Assembly (NCBI GenBank): GCA_910585335.1
Contig: CAJUCU010000011.1
Location: 18,389-28,922 of the forward strand
Direction: 5' to 3'
Origin: an uncultured Bacilli bacterium
Lineage (GTDB): Bacteria; Bacillota_I; Bacilli_A; RF39; UBA660
DNA length: 10,534 nucleotides
Each line of letters begins with the position of its first letter. Within the stretch, counting starts at the first letter, position 1. Positions 6,219 to 10,534 of this stretch are shown here, in pieces. The position numbers were made by a program, and so were the translations under genes. The notes beneath the pieces are model-generated. The model was not told where the DNA came from. It ran no database searches and worked only from the letters and a program-made list of their open reading frames with translations.

Positions 6219-6316
6219 GATTTATTCTGTTTATATATTTGGTAATAAACTAGTTTGCTATAAAATAAAATATTTAGTAAATGCTCATCTATTTTTCTGC
6301 TATCTTTTTTATGGTA

Positions 6317-6345
6317 TTGTAAAAGTTTTCAAGTAATGGTATTAT
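6317..6345 (+). promoter_or_regulatory. Sigma-A-type promoter upstream of the membrane-protein/cdaA/cdaR gene string.
   Basis: TTGTAA (6317-6322), a 17-nt spacer, TGgTATTAT (6337-6345). An overlapping TATAAT (6343-6348) would need a 20-nt spacer. The RBS GAGGGTGG precedes the ATG at 6371. Confidence 0.5.
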
Positions 6346-6370
6346 AATAATAAGAATAGAGGGTGGAAAG

Positions 6371-6877
6371 ATGGATTTTATTATTACTTTTTTTAGAGAT
6401 ATATTAGATGGGCCAGTTTATACTATCGTGACGGTTATTAGTTCTATTTTCATTTGTGCATCTATTGGGTATTTGGCTGAGAAGAAGCAAAGGGAGAAGA
6501 AGGAGAAAGAACAATATGTGGAGGCACCTGTTGTTTCTCAAGCAGTACCATCATCCATTCCTGTCACTTCTTTTTCTGTGTCTGCTCCGCCACCAACGCC
6601 AGAAGTTACTACTTTTCCAAGTCCTTCTACTACTCCAGAAAGTGTAGGGGTAGCTTATCCTACGACAGCAGCTGGTCCTGTTGTTCAAATTGATCAACCA
6701 CCTGTCGGGCCAATTCCATCCCCTGCTGATCCCGTTGCTGTTTTATCCCCACAAATTCCTTCTACGGCCCCTGCTGTACAAGGAACTGCTACTGTGCAAA
6801 GTCCTGGTTCTGTTGTCTTGCAAGCACCTAATTTGAATCAGAATTCTGAAGTGCCAACTTCTGTTAATCAAGGGTAA
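6371..6877 (+). CDS. Single-pass membrane protein with a charged juxtamembrane cluster and a 120-aa Pro/Ser/Thr/Val-rich low-complexity tail.
   Basis: One hydrophobic helix, PVYTIVTVISSIFICASIGYLA (aa 15-36), is followed by EKKQREKKEKEQ. The tail (aa 49-168) has 24 Pro of 120 by my count, no Lys/Arg/His and 6 acidic residues. There is no hairpin between its stop and cdaA (67-nt gap), so co-transcription is plausible. Confidence 0.7.
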   Translation: MDFIITFFRDILDGPVYTIVTVISSIFICASIGYLAEKKQREKKEKEQYVEAPVVSQAVPSSIPVTSFSVSAPPPTPEVTTFPSPSTTPESVGVAYPTTAAGPVVQIDQPPVGPIPSPADPVAVLSPQIPSTAPAVQGTATVQSPGSVVLQAPNLNQNSEVPTSVNQG

Positions 6878-6903
6878 AAAAACTTTATTTCAAAATGAAT
6901 ATT

Positions 6904-6912
6904 TGATATACT
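6904..6912 (+). promoter_or_regulatory. Possible extended -10 element (TGaTATACT) for an internal cdaA promoter.
   Basis: TGaTATACT lies 33 nt upstream of the cdaA ATG. The -35 position reads only CTTTAT. This is a weak, motif-only call in AT-rich DNA. Confidence 0.2.
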
Positions 6913-6944
6913 GAATAAGTAACATTGGAGAAGGAGATGATGTA

Positions 6945-7778
6945 ATGCCTTTAACTGTAACAGATATTTTATCAATTGCTCGTAAACTTGTTGATATATG
7001 TCTTGTCTGGGCAATTTTCTATTTTATTTTAAAAAATATTCGTAATAATGTAAAACTTTCTTTAATTTTTAAAGGGGTTGCCTTTATTATTATTTTAAAA
7101 GTAGTTAGTAAGATTTGTGGATTTACTACAATTGGTGTATTACTAGAATATATTATTATGTGGGGACCACTTGCTTTAATTATTGTTTTTCAACCAGAGA
7201 TTCGTACTATTTTGGAGCAGCTTGGAAGAACACAATTATTAGGACGTCATAAAACACTTACCGTTGATGAAAGAGAGCATTTGGTTTATCAAATCATTCA
7301 ATCTCTTGAGTATTTGCGTAAACAAAGAATTGGAGCGCTTATCGTTTTAGAAAGAGATGTTAGTTTGTCAGACTATATTGGAAAAGCGAAAAAACTTTAT
7401 GCTGATTTATCAAGTGATTTACTAATTTCTATCTTTTTCCCTAACAATCCACTTCATGATGGTGGTGTCATTATTCAAGGTGATCGTGTTACTTGTGCGG
7501 GTGCTGTTTTTCCAACTAGTAGTAGTTCGAAGATTAATCGTCATTTAGGAACTCGTCATCGTGCTGCACTTGGTATTGCCGAAGAGACAGATTGTATTTC
7601 TATTGTGGTAAGTGAAGAGACAGGACGTTTATCTATTGCTGTTAAAGGGGAATTATTTTATAACCTTTCCATGGATGATGTCCGTATTATGTTAATTGAT
7701 GAACTTAGACCAAAACAAGATTTGGATTATGATGAAGATGAAATAGATGAGGAAGAGATATATGAAGAGAATAATTAA
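6945..7778 (+). CDS. cdaA: Membrane-bound diadenylate cyclase CdaA (DisA_N/DAC domain); c-di-AMP synthase.
   Basis: Three N-terminal TM helices precede a DAC domain with the hallmark motifs NPLHDGGVII (DGA-type motif, here DGG) and LGTRHRAALGIAEETDCISIVVSEETGRLSIA (RHR motif). Length and motif positions are colinear with Listeria and Bacillus CdaA. RBS: AAGGAG, 8 nt, ATG. Confidence 0.95.
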   Translation: MPLTVTDILSIARKLVDICLVWAIFYFILKNIRNNVKLSLIFKGVAFIIILKVVSKICGFTTIGVLLEYIIMWGPLALIIVFQPEIRTILEQLGRTQLLGRHKTLTVDEREHLVYQIIQSLEYLRKQRIGALIVLERDVSLSDYIGKAKKLYADLSSDLLISIFFPNNPLHDGGVIIQGDRVTCAGAVFPTSSSSKINRHLGTRHRAALGIAEETDCISIVVSEETGRLSIAVKGELFYNLSMDDVRIMLIDELRPKQDLDYDEDEIDEEEIYEENN

Positions 7779-9117
7779 ACCATTTAAAATTTTATTTCGT
7801 CATATTGGTAACTTTTTTGATAAATTATTAATTACTCCTATTACGAAAGTATTTCTTAAAATTGCAGAGTTTTTCAAAGATAATGGCAAAATCATTGAAC
7901 GATTCTTTGGAAAAAAGTCAACATTAATTGTGTTATCTTTGATTCTTGCGTTCTTGGTCTTTGTTATTATTGATCGTGAGAGCAATGTCATGATTGATCA
8001 GTATGCAGAAATTTTGTATGATCAACCAGTCTCAGCAGTTTATAATGAAGAGCTTTATGTAGTAGAAGGCTTACCAAAGGCAGTTGATATTACTTTAGTC
8101 GGGCAAAAACGTCATATCTTTTTGGCAAAACAAGCACCATCTAAAGGTGTGTCAGTGGATCTTACTGGGCTTAAGCCAGGAAATCATAAGGTAACACTTA
8201 AATATTCCCAACGTTTGAAATCTCTTGATTATAAACTAGATCCTTCTACCATTACTGTCACGATTTATGAAAAAGTATCTGAGACGAAGAGCTTGACTGT
8301 AGATATTTTACATAAAGATAATTTAGATAGTAAACTTTATATTAAAGATATTGAACTTGATCGAAGTGATGTTATTGTTAAGGGTGCTGCTTATAAACTT
8401 AAGAAAGTTGCAACAGTTAAGGCTTTGGTCGATGTTGATAATTTCGTAAATCCAAAAGCTGGTACTATGACACTTAAGGATGTTCCTCTTGTCGCTTATG
8501 ATACGGATGGAAAGATTGTGGATGTTGAAATCGTGCCAAAGAGCGTCGATGCAAAAGTTGTGATTACATCTCCACATAAAGAAGTTCCAATTAAAATAGT
8601 ACCAAAAGGTAACTTAGCATTTGGTAAATCTATTAATGCTATTACTACTAGTATCAATACAATCACTGTTTATGGTGAACAGTCTGCAGTTGATAAATTA
8701 GAAGAATTAGAAGTAGAGATTGATGTTAAGGATTTGGATAAGAATAAAGACTTTAATATTACTCTAAAACGTCCTAATGGTATTACAGAATTAAGTCAAA
8801 AAACAATTACTGTCAAAGTGGAAATTGATAATTCTACTACAAAAGAATTTAAAAATATTCATATTGTCACTGAAAACTTAAACAACAATTATGCAGTTCA
8901 AGCGTTATCTGCTGAAGATAGTATCGTAACTGTTGTAGTTAAGGGTAGTGAAAGTGCCATTAAGTTATTAGATGAATCTACTATTAAAGCATATATTGAT
9001 CTTAAAAACTATGGTGTTGGAGAACATGAGGTTCCAGTTGAAGTAAAAGGTGATGACTTAAAATTAACCTATACTTCTAAGACTAAAAAAGTACGAGTTC
9101 GTATTACACAAAAATAA
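7762..9117 (+). CDS. cdaR: CdaA regulatory protein CdaR (YbbR-domain repeat protein) with an N-terminal membrane anchor.
   Basis: It sits immediately downstream of, and overlapping, cdaA. It has one TM segment (STLIVLSLILAFLVFVIID). Repeated YbbR-type units are visible, for example DVIVKGAAYKLKKVATVKALVDV, ITVYGEQSAVDKLEELEVEIDV and VTVVVKGSESAIKLLDESTIKAYIDL. The ORF track starts at 7747. GAGG (7749-7752) followed by 9 nt favours the ATG at 7762, giving a 17-nt overlap with cdaA. Confidence 0.9.
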   Translation: MKRIIKPFKILFRHIGNFFDKLLITPITKVFLKIAEFFKDNGKIIERFFGKKSTLIVLSLILAFLVFVIIDRESNVMIDQYAEILYDQPVSAVYNEELYVVEGLPKAVDITLVGQKRHIFLAKQAPSKGVSVDLTGLKPGNHKVTLKYSQRLKSLDYKLDPSTITVTIYEKVSETKSLTVDILHKDNLDSKLYIKDIELDRSDVIVKGAAYKLKKVATVKALVDVDNFVNPKAGTMTLKDVPLVAYDTDGKIVDVEIVPKSVDAKVVITSPHKEVPIKIVPKGNLAFGKSINAITTSINTITVYGEQSAVDKLEELEVEIDVKDLDKNKDFNITLKRPNGITELSQKTITVKVEIDNSTTKEFKNIHIVTENLNNNYAVQALSAEDSIVTVVVKGSESAIKLLDESTIKAYIDLKNYGVGEHEVPVEVKGDDLKLTYTSKTKKVRVRITQK

Positions 9118-9154
9118 AAAGATTTGCATGATTTGATTTGCAAATCTTTTTTTT
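9116..9154. terminator. Bidirectional rho-independent terminator between cdaR and the convergent DUF378 gene.
   Basis: AAGATTTGCA (9119-9128), a 10-nt loop, TGCAAATCTT (9139-9148) form a perfect 10-bp stem. It is flanked by an A-run (9116-9120) and T8 (9147-9154), so a U-tract follows on both strands. Confidence 0.8.
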
Positions 9155-9353
9155 AATCTTCAAAATGATGAAATAATAGTGTAATACTAATTAATCCACA
9201 GATTCCTATTAGCACATATACAATTTTGGCAATGATATTATCTACGCCACCAAAGATTGTTGCTACAAGGTCTAGATTAAATAGTCCAACTAGTGCCCAA
9301 TTTAGCGCACCAATAATAATTAGTACTAAGGCAATCTTTTTTAATATTTCCAT
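9153..9353 (-). CDS. DUF378-family small membrane protein (66 aa, two TM helices).
   Basis: IIIGALNWALVGLFNLDLVATIFGG matches the GxLNWGLVG...FxxDLV signature I associate with DUF378 (YuzA-like). RBS: AAAGGAG, 7 nt, ATG. Confidence 0.8.
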   Translation of the reverse strand: MEILKKIALVLIIIGALNWALVGLFNLDLVATIFGGVDNIIAKIVYVLIGICGLISITLLFHHFED

Positions 9354-9474
9354 GTTATCGCTCCTTTACTCATACTTCTTTACTACTTATTATGAACGCA
9401 TTTTTCTAAAATTATTCGTAATAATCTTTATTTTTTTCCATATAGTTAAATGAGAATATAAATGAGGTGAAAAA

Positions 9475-10470
9475 ATGAAAAAATTATTGCTTTGTATTTT
9501 TTTATCGCTATTTTTAATTACAGGTTGTGGGAAAAATAGTGAAAGTGATATTGTAGTGGATATAGATAAAAAAATTAATAAATTAAAATCTTATCAAATA
9601 GAAGGAAAACTAGAAATTGTTAATAATGATGATGTATATAATTACGATGTTTTAGTGGCTTATAAGGAAAAGGATTTTTATAAAGTTTCTTTGAAAAACG
9701 TGGCCAATAATCATGAGCAGATTATTTTAAAAAATAAAGATGGCGTATATGTTTTGACACCTTCCTTAAATAAAAGCTTTAAATTTCAAAGTGATTGGCC
9801 ATATAGTAATTCTCAAATTTATTTATTGTCTTCCTTGCGCGATGATATCAAAAATGATGATAAACGGGAATTTGTAGAAAATAAGAGTAGTTATGAATTT
9901 GTGACAAAAGTAAATTATCCTAATAATCGAAAATTAACTTCACAAAAGATTATTCTTGATAAAGATTTAAAGCCGAAAACGGTTAAAGTTTTAAACGAAG
10001 AAAAAATACCACAAATGACTATGACTTTTACTGACATTGATTATAGTCCTACATTTAAGAAAGATTTTTTTAATCTAGATGTGGCAATGAAAAGTGCTAA
10101 AGTAGAAGAGCAGGCTGAGCGAACTTCTAAAATTGATGAAGCGATTTATCCTCTTGTTACACCAACTGGAACGAAACTAGTTAGTGAAGAGAAGATTAAA
10201 AAGACAGATGGAGAACGTGTTATTTTAACTTTTGATGGGGAAAAACCATTTCTGTTAGTTGAGGAGACTGCGAATGTTTCTGATGAATTGACTGTAGTAC
10301 CTACTTATGGTGATATTTATCGCTTGATGGATACGATTGGTGTTATGACGGATAATTCTCTTTCTTGGACTTCTGCTGGAATTGAATACTATTTAGTAAG
10401 TGACGTCATGAGCACAGATGAATTAGTAGAAATAGCACAATCCATTAATGTCTTACCTACGATGAAATAA
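9475..10470 (+). CDS. Lipoprotein, possibly LolA-fold/DUF4367-like (YdcC-like).
   Basis: The signal peptide MKKLLLCIFLSLFLITG|C has lipobox I-T-G-C (Cys18). RBS: GAGG, 7 nt, ATG. The mature part is soluble and rich in beta-strand-like segments. The resemblance to LolA-like/YdcC-type sporulation lipoproteins rests on architecture and memory only. Confidence 0.75.
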   Translation: MKKLLLCIFLSLFLITGCGKNSESDIVVDIDKKINKLKSYQIEGKLEIVNNDDVYNYDVLVAYKEKDFYKVSLKNVANNHEQIILKNKDGVYVLTPSLNKSFKFQSDWPYSNSQIYLLSSLRDDIKNDDKREFVENKSSYEFVTKVNYPNNRKLTSQKIILDKDLKPKTVKVLNEEKIPQMTMTFTDIDYSPTFKKDFFNLDVAMKSAKVEEQAERTSKIDEAIYPLVTPTGTKLVSEEKIKKTDGERVILTFDGEKPFLLVEETANVSDELTVVPTYGDIYRLMDTIGVMTDNSLSWTSAGIEYYLVSDVMSTDELVEIAQSINVLPTMK

Positions 10471-10498
10471 ACAGTTATTGTTTATTTTTTCTTTTTTT
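10467..10498 (+). terminator. Weak candidate terminator after the lipoprotein gene.
   Basis: ATAAACA (10467-10473), loop GTTAT, TGTTTAT (10479-10485), then TTTTTCTTTTTTT. The stem is almost all A-T, so stability is low. Confidence 0.3.
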
Positions 10499-10534
10499 AT
10501 TTTGGGACTTGTGTTATACTCTTGTTGGTGATGG

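Noticed and set aside
5338-6235. ATTCTGTT(A/T)ATA occurs on both sides of the orphan gene (5338-5348 and 6224-6235), which could be taken as target-site duplications of an insertion.
   Set aside because: The exact match is only 8 nt in AT-rich DNA. The first copy is part of the promoter extended -10. There are no terminal inverted repeats and no transposase or integrase gene. This is compatible with chance.
6515-6874. A visibly GC-richer patch than the surrounding sequence, which could suggest horizontally acquired DNA.
   Set aside because: The enrichment coincides exactly with the Pro/Ala/Ser/Thr/Val-rich tail (CCN, GCN, ACN codons). It is explained by amino-acid composition rather than foreign origin.
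7458-7466. CdaA carries D-G-G where the canonical DAC motif is D-G-A.
   Set aside because: The catalytic Asp and Gly are retained, Ala to Gly is conservative, and the RHR motif and the rest of the domain are intact. There are no grounds to call the cyclase inactive.
1-10534. I looked for CRISPR repeats, tRNA/rRNA, riboswitch-like leaders (including the c-di-AMP ydaO type), IS elements, integrases, toxin-antitoxin pairs and known defence-system genes.
   Set aside because: None was found. Intergenic regions are short (under 210 nt), AT-rich, and accounted for by promoters and terminators. No regularly spaced repeats and no recombinase-like ORFs are present.

Overview
Densely coding, roughly one-third-GC chromosomal segment that looks like a low-GC Gram-positive (Bacillota, Clostridia/Erysipelotrichia-like). 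All calls come from reading the translations; no searches were run. I support 11 CDS.

CDS in window order:
- A partial minus-strand gene at the left edge, missing from the ORF track.
- A signal-less peptidoglycan-binding protein with 2 PG_binding_1 and 4 LysM modules.
- A translationally coupled minus-strand operon: two paralogous DUF2229/HgdAB-like subunits followed by an HgdC/BcrAD-type ATP-dependent activase.
- A divergently transcribed short Ppx/GppA-like ASKHA protein.
- A monocistronic 260-aa orphan.
- A single-pass membrane protein with a Pro/Ser/Thr/Val-rich tail.
- The c-di-AMP genes cdaA and cdaR. No glmM follows them.
- A convergent DUF378 membrane protein.
- A lipoprotein.

Three clear rho-independent terminators (two of them bidirectional) and several sigma-A-like promoters can be read directly. 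I saw no mobile element, CRISPR array, tRNA or rRNA.

The best candidate for an undescribed system is the stand-alone activase plus two-subunit Fe-S module at 1366-4323. It has no substrate-pathway genes nearby. Its promoter spacer holds a perfect 18-bp palindrome, and it is paired divergently with the Ppx-like gene. The remaining findings are modest. Much of the window is ordinary housekeeping.
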